A program made the translations under genes and the position numbers. From the NCBI GenBank assembly GCA_050273025.1, contig CP158635.1:13330001-13394000 (forward strand): a stretch of 64,000 bases of DNA. Direction: 5' to 3'. Under the pieces are notes generated by a model. The model was not told the origin of the DNA and ran no database searches. It saw only the letters and a list, made by a program, of their open reading frames with translations. Of the stretch, positions 51,601-64,000 are shown in pieces. The number at the start of each line of letters is the position of its first letter. Positions within the stretch are counted from its first letter, which is position 1. The DNA is from Cenococcum geophilum (lineage: Eukaryota).

Positions 51601-54114
51601 TGTCGAGGCATCTCCTGATGCTGAAAGTTCCAACATTCAAGAGAGCCGGCTACCTCAGGTACATGCGTTGAACTGTCTCAAAGAAATTTTTACGACCACA
51701 AAACTAGGGCAATCTTCAGAGTCGTATATAGGACAAGGTCTCGATCTTGCTGCAAGCAAGTTAGGGTCGAAGAAGTAAGTTACGAAAGGCTGGATGAGTG
51801 AAGACGATAATTTACTTATTCTTTGTAGTTGGCCTATTCGGAACTGCGGCCTGATGCTTTTCAAAGCTTTGCTTGATAGACTGCTCGGGAGTAGCGACAC
51901 TCAAAAATGGAAGGAGCAGAAGCTAGCCAAGATCTCACGCCTCTCCTATGGCAATTACCCAAACCTCCTTGAGATCGTGGCCAAGCTTCTTGTCCCAAGG
52001 GACTCTAGAGGCAGGTCTGAAGTAGAAGTGCACAAAAGTGTGTCAACATCTATGATTCGCGCCACCGAGGGAGTTTTTCCTGCTTTGCAAATCCTTCAAC
52101 AGGCTCCACCTCCAGAAACAAATCGCGAAACAATTCGTGGATTAATCCTGCATCTCACGCGAAGTCCGTACTGGCATGTGCGTGACATGGCTGCACGTAC
52201 TTTCGCATCTGGACTTCGCCAAACAGAATGCGTCAGTGTGATACGAAACATGCTATCTTCTCTGGATAAGAGGCAGAATTCGTTTCATGGTCTACTTTTA
52301 TGCGTAAAATACTCCCTAATAACTCATATAGAGTCTTCACACAGCTCCACCACAAGTAAGGCTCAGCTCATTTAATATTCGTTGCGTACTAACTGTTACA
52401 GGTGCGTGTTGTGTTATGGAGGATTTATTAGAAAGATTTGACGATATCTTCCGAAAAAACACATGCCCTCTCATAAAAGCCACTTATTTGGACCTGATCA
52501 ATTTATTCCAGAAGGCGATGATACTGCAAAACACCACTTCGCCAAAACTGATAGAAATCCTCGATAAGAATACTCGACAGCTCACCGCTGAGGTCCATAC
52601 CCAATTCGAGGCCTTATGCTACAATAAACACTCCGGGGTCACGTCTGCGTTAGCTCTTCTTTGGAGGTCAATGAGCTACTATTTGGTCATTAATTTCATT
52701 CTTGCAGGCACAGCCCATTTCACGGTGGGCGAAGCCTCAGGCAATAAGGTTGACTCGTTACAAAGCATCTTGTATGAACTTGGAGAAGCCGATCCGGACA
52801 ATTGCTGCGCAATTCTTGACGAGTTGGGAGAGATGCTTAACCATTCGCCCTTTGAAGTAGTTATCACCCTTAACCCCGAAATACCAGTTAGTATATATCG
52901 GCTCTCGCTAAACACAAAGGACCTCGAGGTCAGATCGACTGCTCAATCTGTTTTAGCTAATCTCCTTAGTGAAGATGAAGTACGACGTGGCTTTTTCGCA
53001 GGTCTAGATGGAAATTCCGCTGGCCAAACGTTCGATAGTCTTAAGACCCAGTGTCTCTATGGACCTCCCTCATGTATGGAAAGTGCAATACGCCTCCAAG
53101 GTTTTTTTCTGGATCATCAGCTTCGGCTACTACAATTCTGGAACCAAAAGATTCTTCATGACCAAGCGCAGTACGTTCGTACACTACAAAAGTTACTTCA
53201 TGAGTCAAATGTATTACCTTTCCACTCCAACAGGAACATTCGAGCTAACTGCTATTTGCTAGTCAATTTCAACAAGGCACGCTGCCGTGCTCTCCATTTC
53301 TGGATTGCGCTATATTTGGACAATGGAGAATGAATCTGTCGTAATGCCATCTCCATTACTCAGCTTTGGTCTAGTAGTTTATGATATCCTAAACGATGAC
53401 GATGATGAAATCCGCGAACTCGCCTCCCGCATTGCTACCAGAGTCATCATGGGCAAACGATATCGACGAGGCATGAGAGATGCAATTCCTCTTCTTGCGA
53501 GCCAACGGCTGGCCGAATACCTTGCACGCGTTTACCCGGATTCTCCAGAGCTGTGCGATGGGGCTATGCGCCGTCTTATGGGATTTGATGAAGAGACTGC
53601 TCTGTTTAAAATTTCGTTTCAGGAAACATTAGCGCGTGCACAAAAGGAAGATACGGCACTATTCGTACAAGAGAAACAAAATCTATTTATTGACGGGGCG
53701 AGGGAGATTGTAATCTGGTCTCGTGTCTTGAAAAGTGTCTCTTCGAAAGCCATTCCCCGTAATCTTGCCCAGAATTTCACAAAGTGGGTTATGGACGGTA
53801 TTTCACTTCTAGCCGCGACAGGAAAGGTGGAAATAGATGGCCCATTGGGCTGGGCCAGCAAAGCAGAAGTGTTTACGCTAGGTATGCGGGTGATATATGG
53901 GGCGGAGGTACTGCTGAATTGGAGAATGCGCTCAAGGGAAGTGAGTGTAAGAGGCTCAGAGATTAGGAGGAAGTTGAGGGACTTTGCGGATGCAGGAAGG
54001 AGTGGGATACATGAACTTTGGATTGATAGAGTTGAAGCGGTCTTGGCGTACTCGGTGCTTGTAAGGTTGGCGTTGGTAAAAGAAAAGATAGAGATGGTCG
54101 TTAATGGGAGTTAG
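48625..54114 (+). CDS. TRM732: tRNA 2'-O-methylation regulator Trm732/THADA (HEAT/ARM repeat protein, DUF2428), multi-exon
   Basis: Consecutive plus-strand ORFs are joined by GT..CTRAC..AG introns; the first intron (~48753-48830) keeps frame from the ATG at 48625. Hallmark motifs SYSWRALKE, ELRHRGAF, ITRRSAGIP, VHALNCLK and W.IRNCGLMLF are present. Stop at 54114. Confidence 0.9.
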
Positions 54115-54835
54115 GATGCTGGGGTCAAGGTTAAAAAGTCTATCTTAACTCATAATTAGGCCTAGTGCCAGGACCCATAATGTCCTCGAGTATGACGTTG
54201 CTTAGCACAGTGAATTGATGAAATTGAAGGGAAAATCCCTTATGCCAACGGAATGCTTTTCGTCTTCGCATTCACAGCTGTCAGAATAACACGTTCAAAA
54301 TTATATCTTGAATGCCTACCAGAACCCCACCGCAACTTCCGTGTTCAATTCTCCTTTCTTGTGCAACGACACCAAAACTATTAGCACCGTGTAACACCTT
54401 ATAGAGCCTCCGTCATACCGCGAAATCAATCAAGAGGCTTGTCTCCTAACCATACTCTTTCTCTTGAACAGGCCAGCCATGTCTTTCCCTAAAATATCTG
54501 GCCATCTTCTAGACCGCCACGCTGGCTTCAATCTCTAAACAACCCACCAAGACGGTAGTCAAATCCAGCAGTCGTCAGCCAGCATCGCCGCCTCCTCCTC
54601 TACAGCACGACCCTTACGACGGGTGGAGGTACCCAGACAGCACGACTGAGTACACGGACGAAAGTACCCAACCGGAGACTATAGTCGAGAAGAGTGAGCC
54701 GACTGAAGTAGGATCGGTGTTTGGTCCCATCTGATCACTCACTTCCTTAAACTGAGAGAATTCCGGCACCTCTTTGGAGGAGAGCTAAGGCAAGATCAAA
54801 GGGCGAGTAGGGATTCTCAGAGTGGGAAAGCCAGG

Positions 54836-55024
54836 ATGAAGCGCACTAGTGTCATCATTCTGATCCTTTTCGTTACCGTAACCGTTGTCTGTCTGCTTGC
54901 GTGGTGGATGATGGGGCGGCTGATGAGGGATACGCGGAGAGTTCTTGATCGGAAGAGGCCATATGATGGGGCGATTGCTCACGCTAGTGGTAGCGGACAT
55001 ATTGTGGTGGTGGAGGAAGCTTAA
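54836..55024 (+). CDS. Possible small single-pass membrane protein (62 aa)
   Basis: ATG-initiated ORF with one hydrophobic segment followed by basic residues; no family recognised. Confidence 0.25.
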   Translation: MKRTSVIILILFVTVTVVCLLAWWMMGRLMRDTRRVLDRKRPYDGAIAHASGSGHIVVVEEA

Positions 55025-57583
55025 GGTGGTGGGGCCATCGACAGCGCTGGATTGAAAGGGGTATTGTGCATAGGGGGTTCGTGGGTTTGGAGGTGAGCTG
55101 TGAATTGGTGGGCGGTTACGGGGGAGGGAATCCTAAGGCTGGGGAGATAACAGGTAGAGTGAGATTCGGGTGCGGTGATGGAAGGAGCACATGGAAAAAC
55201 AACCTTGGAAGGTGGTGTAGTGAGGGTGGTAGGGGGCAGAGGGAGGACGGTTTTGTCTTATGCAAACTTGAAACTACAAACCACAAACCAGTAAGCTGTG
55301 CCTAAGCAGAGAAAGGATGATAATAACAACCTTTCGGGATGGATGGTACACGTGGTAAAATATTTGAAATGACGCACCATGTAATACTAAAGTAATACAG
55401 CATGGATATACATGGCCGACGTAACAAATAGTTGGTTGATTGCCCACCACGATGCAGGTTTGCGGTACGAATAGATTGCGTTAAATGTTAACAAACGGAA
55501 GATTCGACAACCGCAATACTCGGCAATGATTTAACGCTTCTTTAGTAATGGCGGAACCGTTTGTGATTCTAATTCTCCTAGGGAACCGGAATTTTTGGCC
55601 CAATTCTCTTGAAATAACGACGCTACAGCTGTGATGATATTACCATTCACAAAAATTTTGTATCAGTAGCTCTGATCGCTTCCTAAAAATGGGTGCTGGT
55701 GGAGGTACTGCTGTTGCTATTGTATTCGCACTTGGAATTTATTTCGTCCATAAATGGACGGGAAGAAGAGGTCGACAAGTTGACAAAAAAAAGAGGAAAT
55801 CACGGAAGGGGGTTGGGGCCTAGCTATACAGAGCGGACTGCTCGCCATCTCTGGCACCCTCCTCACTAATCTCAGCCATCTTATCCTGAACGCCTTATTT
55901 TCATCCACGAAGCCGGCTTACCTCTAGATAATCCACTGCAGCACGCCGGCGGAATGCCACGCCAACCAAACAGAACCCCTGAACACGCCCACACAAACTA
56001 CATCGAAGAAGTAGCAGAATTACCTCAAGAAATATTTGGCCAGCGAGTTGTAGGACAGGATCATCCGGATGATCAGAGTGACTCTCCTGAGTCATCCTTG
56101 AATGAGAATCGCGGGCACAGTCTGCAAGGCAACGGACAAGTACGCCAAAACAAAATCTTACGAAGATACTAGCCGGAGAGAACCAGCACCAGAGCTCCTG
56201 AGCCCAGTCCTCAGAGCCCTCCTCAAACGGGACGACCGACAAGGCAATCAGTCACGGTCCCGAAATTTTCGAGGAATCCCAAAAACTGCTGAGCAGCAAT
56301 ATGAGATGGATGAAATTCGTCCGCTCCCGGGACAAATAGTAAGACGAGGGATAGAGCACGATAGGAATGGGCAACAGAGGTATGCATTTACTAAATCGAG
56401 ACTGCAGAGGGGGAAGTTGAGAGATTTAGATATTAGGCGATTGACAACGAGTAAAGCTCCTCCGTGACCCAGAACTGAATATCTAAAGGGGCAGTCCTTC
56501 AACTGTTAGCGTTTCTTAGTACGGAGGCTTGCTGACACCCGGTTTTTCTCATCACAATGATCGAACTACCCTAGCATACTTCATGGTATTTTGACGCACG
56601 GAACAGCCCAAGACAAATGTCGCAGTCGGTTATCTTAACATCGGATCCTCACACTGGAACGCAGCTCCTTTCCCCCGACCGCCGACCGCTGAGCACCGTA
56701 AATCCGGCCACTTTTGCAGAGTGAGTTCTCTCCGCGAAATCCACAGGCGGAAAGTGTAGGATCAGAGTTCGTAGAAGAGTACGTTTTCCCTAAGGTCAGC
56801 AATGAGGAACAAATGGCCTTGCTCTGACCGGAATTATAAGGGGAGTGTTTAGGCTTAGGAATAGAGTCTTCTTTGCCAAAGACTAGCCTCGAAGTGCCAA
56901 CGACTCCGCCACGTACAGGAGTCCAGAGTGTGGCTTTAGGCTCACGCATTGAGCCTGATTTCCTTGACCCTAACTTTCGCGCAGCTAATCCTCAAGGCCC
57001 AGGAGTCATTCACAGTCCAGTGCGCTTTCAACGCTGATAGATAGCCTACACGTGGGTAGTTACTCCACTAAAATTCCCGGACGGAGCATCGATCTCTTTG
57101 AAGTAGTTAATCGGTGTAGTGAGGGGGTGGACGATATTTTACGGCTGAGCGGTAGTGCTGAGGTAGTATCAGGTAGGGCACCATCGAGCGTGTCGTCTTT
57201 GGGTGGTTACGGAAGTCATTCAGCGGGATGCCCGTAAACAAGTGTTACGAAATGGAATAATTAGCAAGACTATGAGGTTTTCACGTGCGCAGTGAGATAA
57301 TGAAAACTTGACCCCAAATATGCCTGCCCTAATATTCCCAGGGTTATGGGTGTACTTGTATGAATAGCTGTGGAGCGTTTGGTATGCTCGAGGCACTCGG
57401 TGTTCGTCGTGTTGATGCTGAGGAACGTCATTCGCCTCTCCAGCCTGCTTGCGCTCCACCAAGTTGTCAAACCTCCACCAAGGGCACCTTACGATTCATT
57501 CATGCACGACAATCGCTATTAACAGCGCAGACACCATCCTTCCAACCCAGGTAACCCCGCCATCTTTCTGACAACATAACAGT

Positions 57584-59792
57584 ATGTGGGACGATGAGGA
57601 CAATAACCCCTACGGTTCGTTTGCCCGTCATGATTCAAACAGCTCGGATGCGCCTCCCATGGGCTCACCCCCAGGACGTAAGCCTGTACTATTCTTATAC
57701 TTCATTGGTGGTCTGAGCAACTAACTCTAATGACATGCGCAGTAGGCTTCCATCGACCGACAACCCCACCGTCTACGAGTTCCTCACCCCGCAATGAATC
57801 CCCAGAGTTCATTTCACAGCCTCGAGATATGAGTGATGTCGACTACGATGAGGACCATCCTAGGGGGGCCCGTGTTGAGCCAAGGAAGGGTGGCTATGAC
57901 AGCCGAATTGAGCAAATACTCTATGAAAATCCTGATCTCCCAATCCTCATTACTTATGCTGGGAAGAATCTAGAAAGTGGGGGAAGCTATATTGCATACA
58001 CTATCAGGACAGGCGTATGAGTCCCAGATGAATCTCTCGACGGCTTTCGCTGAGTTTTGATATTAGGATTTAGAAGTGCGGCGAAGATATTCTGAATTCG
58101 CATCTCTCAGGTCAACACTGGTCAACCTCCATCCGACTTTAATTATTCCTCCTATACCCGAGAAACATACAATGGCCGACTATGCTGCAAAACCAACCAA
58201 GGCAAAAGAAGATGCCGGCATTATTGAACTGAGAAAGCGAATGTTAGCGGTCTTTCTCAACCGATGCAGGAGGATGAAAGAGGTCCGAGAAGACGGAGTG
58301 TGGTGGAGGTTCCTTGACCCGAATGCAAGCTGGGTTAGTTATTTTCTATTTACCTTCAAAAATTTGAGGGAAAGCTAAATAGAGGTTCATCAGAGCGAAG
58401 TGCTTCACTCTCATCCGGTAGCTTCGATACCAAAGAACGTCCTGAAAGCCCCACCGCTCGATACAGCAAATCCAACGGTTTCTCACAGTTACCTTCCAAT
58501 CCCATCATCCTCGGCGAGATTAAGGACAGCAAATGCTGCGACTACCATGACTGGAACACCTACCGCTTCTAGCTACGCCGCTCAACCATCACCTGCTGCG
58601 CATACAACACCAGGGCCGCAGGTCTTCGGGCGCTTTCCCCCATCCTCTCAAAATCTATCCGAAGAGGAACTCGATCCGTATTTTGTCAATTTTGAGGCAT
58701 CATCTCGAGAATTGGAGGCACTTCTTCAGGGAAGCATGGAAAAAGCCAACCGAAGGACACTTTCACACCTCACATCTTGGGGAGAGGACATGGCTGAGCT
58801 TGGCGCTCGGTACAATGCATTTTCACTGTCGGAGCAGTCACATACAGTTGCGGCAGCTATCGAGAAGATGGGACAGGCAGTGGATTCAACCTACATTGCC
58901 ACGGCTGAGCTATCGTCTTCACTCAGCGCAAGTTTCGCCGAGCCAATGCGGGAAAGTGCGCAGTTTGCGGGTGTAGTGCGGAGTGTACTCCGATATCGGG
59001 TGCTCAAGCGCGTCCAGGAGGAGATGACGAAGGATGAACTCGAGAAAAAAAAGAACCTCTTGGATTCGCTGGAAAGGAGCGAGATGGAAGCACGACGGCT
59101 GGAACAACATCTTAGTGGTACCGGTGGGCATTCTAGCCCAGGACCAAGGCGTTCTGTATCCTCTGGCTCACAACGCAACAGTCAGGAAAGGCAAAAGCGA
59201 GAGGAGGACACAGCATCAATAGATTCAGACTTCCCTCCCACACATGGAGATACACAACCGCCTTCAGCGTCTCAAGGGATTCCCGCACCCTCAGATACCA
59301 CCTCACCACCTGGTAGTCATAAAAAGAGCCCGAGTGGAAACTTCGTGACGAGCAAGATTTTTGGTAGGATAAGTCATGCTTTCCAAGGCATGGCCGATGT
59401 AGACCCTGAGCGGACAAGGAGAGATCAGATAGGGAAGACGCGCGAAACCTTGGTGCAAGTGAGTACATCAAACATTCTCGTCAGTCAAACAGTAGACTGA
59501 TATTAGCATAGCTCGAGCAAGCCCTGGAGGCTGCTGAGAAGGACACCAAGGATGCGAGTATGGGAGTCATGAAAGATCTCAAGAGGTTTCAGCAAGAGAA
59601 GGAAGAGGATTTGAAGCGTTACATGGTACGCTCGAGATTCCAAGCACCTGACTAATCTCGAATCATTACTGACTGCTTCAGGTTGCTTTCGCCAGGTGTC
59701 ATATTGACTGGGCAAAGAGGAATCAAGCATCGTGGGGAGAAGCTAAGGCTGAGGTGCGAAATATTGAAGCGCGGCCACAACCTGAGATGTAA
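57584..59792 (+). CDS. ATG20: PX-BAR sorting nexin, autophagy protein Atg20/Snx42, multi-exon
   Basis: N-terminus MWDDEDNNPYGSF; PX domain (RRRYSEFASLR..L..LHPTLIIPPIPEKH; RKRMLAVFLNRC); BAR-like helical region. The last exon VAFARCHIDWAKRN... ends at TAA 59790-59792. Introns are canonical. Confidence 0.88.
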
Positions 59793-60213
59793 GACTTCGG
59801 ACCAGCTGCGCTGGTCGGGCTAGGCCTTTTTGAGGCCACCATACAATGTGTACCAAATAGACATAATTAATGCTCAATTGGAGTAAACCATTTCGCGCCC
59901 TATTCATTTAGAATAAACCTACAATCACTTCTAGTGAAAACACCAATACACTGTTTTGCGGAGACAGTTTGGACATAAGTGGTGATGGCGAGCAGATGGT
60001 GGTAGCACAAGACTTTATTAATCGCAGGGACTGCGGTGCCAAGCTTGGTGTCCTTGAACGTTGAACGTTCAACGATCCTTTGACCTTTCAACCCCATTAT
60101 CAAACTTGGTATCCTTAACACCTTTATAGTAATTAGTATCTGAGTGTCCGGAGCCAACGGAAACGCCCATCCGTTTACGCCACAGAAAAAGGAACTCCTG
60201 GTCTTGATCCAAG

Positions 60214-61934
60214 ATGATGTTGGATAACGACACTCGAGGATGGATCATGACAGCCGTAAGCGGAATAGGTGCGAGACATCAGACTCATGCTCTTCAAAGG
60301 CCGCTAATTATATTTTGCCTCAGCGTGCATCTTTGGGGGTGAGCGAACGGCATACCTAAAATCCCTCCATGCACATAGCACTCTAACAGCGGGAAAAAGC
60401 ATCTATAATATGCGTAGATATTCTAATCCGACTTCTACCGGGTAAAAGACATTTCAAAATTCAGGACAGCAACCTGTTTCTATCTTCTTCGCTAAGTCTA
60501 AGTTTTGGTGTCATGGTTGGTCACCTTTATCCAATCCATATACTGCTCCCTGTTCACCGTTGCTAGATCTTCTCCTCTTTGTACAGCATGCTGCCATCAG
60601 CAAAGTCTTCTTTGCAGAGAGGGGGGTTTTCGTCTAGAGCTGCTGCTTGGACGTTAATAGGATGTTTCTTAGCTGGGGTTATCGGGATTCAAGTAGTCTC
60701 TCGTGTTTTACATCACTACATTCCCCACTCAGTGGTTGATTGTGATCATTCTCACGATAACGAAGATTCACACCAGATGCCAGATGAGGAGTTTCACAAA
60801 AATATACACCGAGGAAACGATTTAGCTGGACGGAGGATGTCGCATCGATGGAGGGGTAGTGGATCGTATCCCGCACATCAGGAAACTGGCCAACAGACAC
60901 CCAACAGTGGCCATCAGCAACCATCTCATAGTACTAATTTGGAAGAAGCCGGCTTCCCTACGCTGTCACGAAGACACTCGTTACAGACGCAAATTTCGGC
61001 AAAAGTCTCCCAGCTTGTGTCTGGTTCAAAAGCTTTGTGCGATGAAAACGGACAGTGTTTTGGCTATTCGGATCCATGTGGTCAAGAATGTTTCAAGATA
61101 GTGCAGGCAAGAGGAGGATCTAGATTACATCTTAGCATATCACGGCCGCCAGGTATCAGTGTGACGACACCTCATGTCCCTGCCGTGTCAGGCGAGCGCC
61201 AACCACTCCTACCTGACGTCGACGAAAACGCTCCTCTTGCACCTATTCAATCCAATCCTCCCAATGCAGACCACCCATCCCACGAGGTCTACAGCGATGA
61301 AATATCAACGACACTCAATGGGTCTCTAGACCCCGGATTCTACTCCGGCCTCCGCAACACTCGGAGCAAAAGTTCCATATCTACACACTCTACGCATTCC
61401 CATCAGTCCAATACCCATTCCGCCTATCATTCACATGCCCACCACCACCACGTCCCGACAAATGCTTTCCTCTCGATAGGTCTGCAAACCTCTATTGCCA
61501 TTGCCCTCCACAAGCTTCCCGAAGGCTTCATAACCTATGCCACCAACCATGCCAACCCGCGCCTCGGATTCTCGGTTTTTCTCGCCCTGTTTATTCATAA
61601 CATCACTGAAGGCTTCGCTATGGCTCTTCCTCTTTACCTTGCTATAAACAGCCGGTGGAAAGCTATGTTCTGGTCATCCCTTCTTGGAGGTGCATCCCAG
61701 CCGCTAGGCGCCGGGGTGGCGGCGCTTTGGTTCCGATTGGCAGGGCATGGAGATAGTGCACCGGGGGAGGGTGTTTATGGAGCAATGTTTGCGGTTACGG
61801 CCGGGATTATGGCGAGTGTCGCACTCCAGCTCTTTGGCGAGAGTTTGGATTTGACGCATAGTCGCAATTTATGTATGGTATTTGCATTTGTGGGTATGGG
61901 TATACTTGGAGCTAGTTCAGCTTTGACCGCGTAG
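60214..61934 (+). CDS. ZRT3: ZIP-family zinc transporter, Zrt3-like, multi-exon
   Basis: N-terminus MMLDNDTRGWIMTAVSGI, short 5' exons and a long His-rich loop. ZIP signature motifs IALHKLPEG and FIHNITEG are present, followed by C-terminal TM helices. Confidence 0.85.
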
Positions 61935-62138
61935 CTCCTGCTGTTCTTTTAGATACGGATATACAGCAGTCGATCTACGGTATGGACTGTAAGTCAAAAA
62001 TTTATGTTGCATGGCGTTGAAGCTCCAAATCTGTTCATCTTGTTCTTGAAGCTTTTCTCACCGTTCTACTCTATCCTATCCTTCCTATGTTCATCCCCGG
62101 TGTTATCAGCATTCACTGGAGATCATTTACCTGTTATG

Positions 62139-63833
62139 TCATGACCGCACCAGAACTCTCACACCCTTAGTGTCACTGCTGGGCGCAGGATTAAAATAAT
62201 CATGCACACAATCAATATCCTTCCTTGATGTCCCGGTTAGCTCCATCTCAACGCCCTGTGCCCCAAAAAGTGCACCGAGTGTAAGAAATAACTCAGCATA
62301 CGCCAGATTCATCCCGACGCACTGGCGTGTACCGCGGCTAAAAGGGACAAGGAAGTGCTTCATACGCGCTAAACCTTCAGGCGATCCAGACAGCCACCGC
62401 TCTGGACTGAAAGAGTGTGGATCTGAAAATATATATTCGTTTTGGTGGATCAGCATCTGTGTCATACTAACAGGCACACCGGGGTCGATTTTGTGTTGGC
62501 GATAGTAGAGCGGCGCATCGGGGGATATGCGTGCGAGCCGGTGTGATATACCGTAACTAAGGCGGAGGCCCTCGCTAACCACGGCCGTCAAGTAGGGTAG
62601 TTGCTCCAGTGCGCGCCAGGTTACTTTGTGGGTGGAAATCACATTGGGGGAACCGAGGGATTTGGCAAGGGTGGCGAGCTCACCGCGGAGTCGGGAAAGT
62701 TTAGTAGGATTGGAGAGGAGGTAATATACCGTTACTGATAGTGTCCAGGCAGTGGTGACAGTGCCGGCCCCAATAAGGGTCAGGCCTTCATCCATAAGGC
62801 GCCGAACAGTAAGTTCATGAGGCGGCAGGAGGCTCGTGGTGCTGAGGTGGCCGAGAAGTGTTCGATGGTTTCTCTCACTTGGAGACCGGTCCGCTTGGTC
62901 TTTCTCGGTGCTTTGATGTGTGGTACTTTGGATCAAGCGGATTTGACTCGCAATGGAGGATTGAAGTGCGAAGAGCTCTCTTGTAAGAGGGTGCAGGAGT
63001 GACACTAGTCTCTGTGGGAGGACCGTTAGGACGGTGTAGAGCCAGCTGAACTGCTTCATGAGATGGCTGTTGCGGCTTAGGTCCTAAATACACAGGGCAT
63101 TAACCTCGAATTCGTAGTATAAGGCACTCTAAAACAGACCATCATGAATTCGTGCCATCTTGGATTGAAATCCGGCGTCTCCAAGAAGCCATAAGAACGC
63201 CCGAAGGCAAAACTCCCTATAATATCTGCAGAAAGACAGGTAAAAGCATCGACTAAGTTTACCGGCTTCCGAGTATTTTTGAATTCTCTAAGCCTCCTGA
63301 GAAGTCTATCTATATCCTCTTGAATAACGGGCTCTATTCTCATGACCGACTGCTTTGAAAATAACGGGTTAAGCGCAGACCGGCGTAGCCGGTGCAATTC
63401 ATGACTAGTCGTGCTCACGGTAGCGAGGGTTGTCCCGAACATTCTTGCGGACCATTCCCACTTCTCTGTACGCCTGGTGGGGCCGACGTAGATTTGGTCG
63501 TAGATTTCTGGGTCGTTTGTATGGAGTTCGCAGGGATTTATACGGATAATGGGACCTGGTAATCACCAAATCGATATTTGGTATGAGACGGTAGGAAGCA
63601 AGGTTTTTTTATGTGTACAACGAACCGTACTTCCTATGCATTTTCTCAATCTCCCATGTATATCGCCCTCGTCGAATAACATCGTAGTAGAATTCGTACC
63701 AGAAGGTTAAAGCAGCTAGACGCGGACCGGGAAAGCTAGAGATAGGGCAGAGATAGAGGCGGTAGATGGCGCCGGAAATTAGATATAAGAGGATGGCTAA
63801 GAAAGCGAGTGAAAGGATGAGATGCAATTCCAT
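62139..63833 (-). CDS. Cytochrome P450 monooxygenase (trichodiene-oxygenase/CYP58-like clan), three exons
   Basis: N-terminal TM segment, FPGP.LAA.T.WYEFYYD, I-helix AGTVTT, EGLR (ExxR), PERW and the heme motif [10 protein letters not shown]. Two introns lie at about 63560-63630 and 63085-63140. Confidence 0.92.
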
Positions 63834-64000
63834 AACACCAACTGCTGTGATACACCGAGACAGGAGGGACAGGAGAGAAGGATCCTACAAAGGGGAGAGC
63901 AATACTCGCGTGGCGTCCACGACGGCCGTTTTGGCTAATCGATGTCTGACATTATTGGATACATTGGTGACGTGCTAAAGTCCACCCTAGCATGTGAAAT

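Noticed and set aside
55631..55675. C/D box snoRNA (GTGATGA...CTGA)
   Set aside because: Only ~45 nt from box C to box D, and no recognisable rRNA guide.
61380..61455. His-rich tract in the ZIP transporter as a novelty
   Set aside because: His-rich cytosolic loops are an ordinary ZIP-family feature.
60214..63833. Secondary-metabolite cluster around the P450
   Set aside because: No backbone enzyme or other tailoring genes are visible in the window, and the neighbours are housekeeping genes. The sequence to the right is unseen.
48643..63978. Antisense or overlapping ORFs within TRM732, ATG20, ZRT3 and the P450
   Set aside because: Shadow frames of well-supported genes with no recognisable motifs.

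Overview
Filamentous-ascomycete (Pezizomycotina-like) DNA with two sharply separated compartments. Positions 1 to ~48.0 kb are an AT-rich, TpA-saturated block of transposable elements destroyed by repeat-induced point mutation (RIP), so the ORF track is nearly empty there. Reading through the C>T and G>A changes by eye gives a nested stack. There are two copies of one Ty3/gypsy chromovirus (187-bp LTRs), a Tad1-type LINE with a 14-bp TSD, a second gypsy family (215-bp LTRs) inserted in a Mutator (MULE) transposase, and a tiny Fot1/pogo-like MITE at the edge. The oldest layer is a RecQ-type helicase relic (+, 6.5-8.8 kb) converging on an Academ/DUF6589-like transposase relic (-, 32.1-35.0 kb). 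This is an AcademH-like layout, and it encloses a tandemly duplicated ~5.9-kb two-gene cassette whose larger gene may be a degenerate PhyH/2OG-Fe(II) dioxygenase-like protein. From ~48.6 kb onward there are intact, intron-containing host genes: TRM732/THADA, ATG20/SNX42, a ZRT3-like ZIP transporter and a cytochrome P450, plus an unexplained ORF-poor ~2.2-kb interval. All family assignments come from motif recognition by eye, not database searches. Pseudogene boundaries are approximate.
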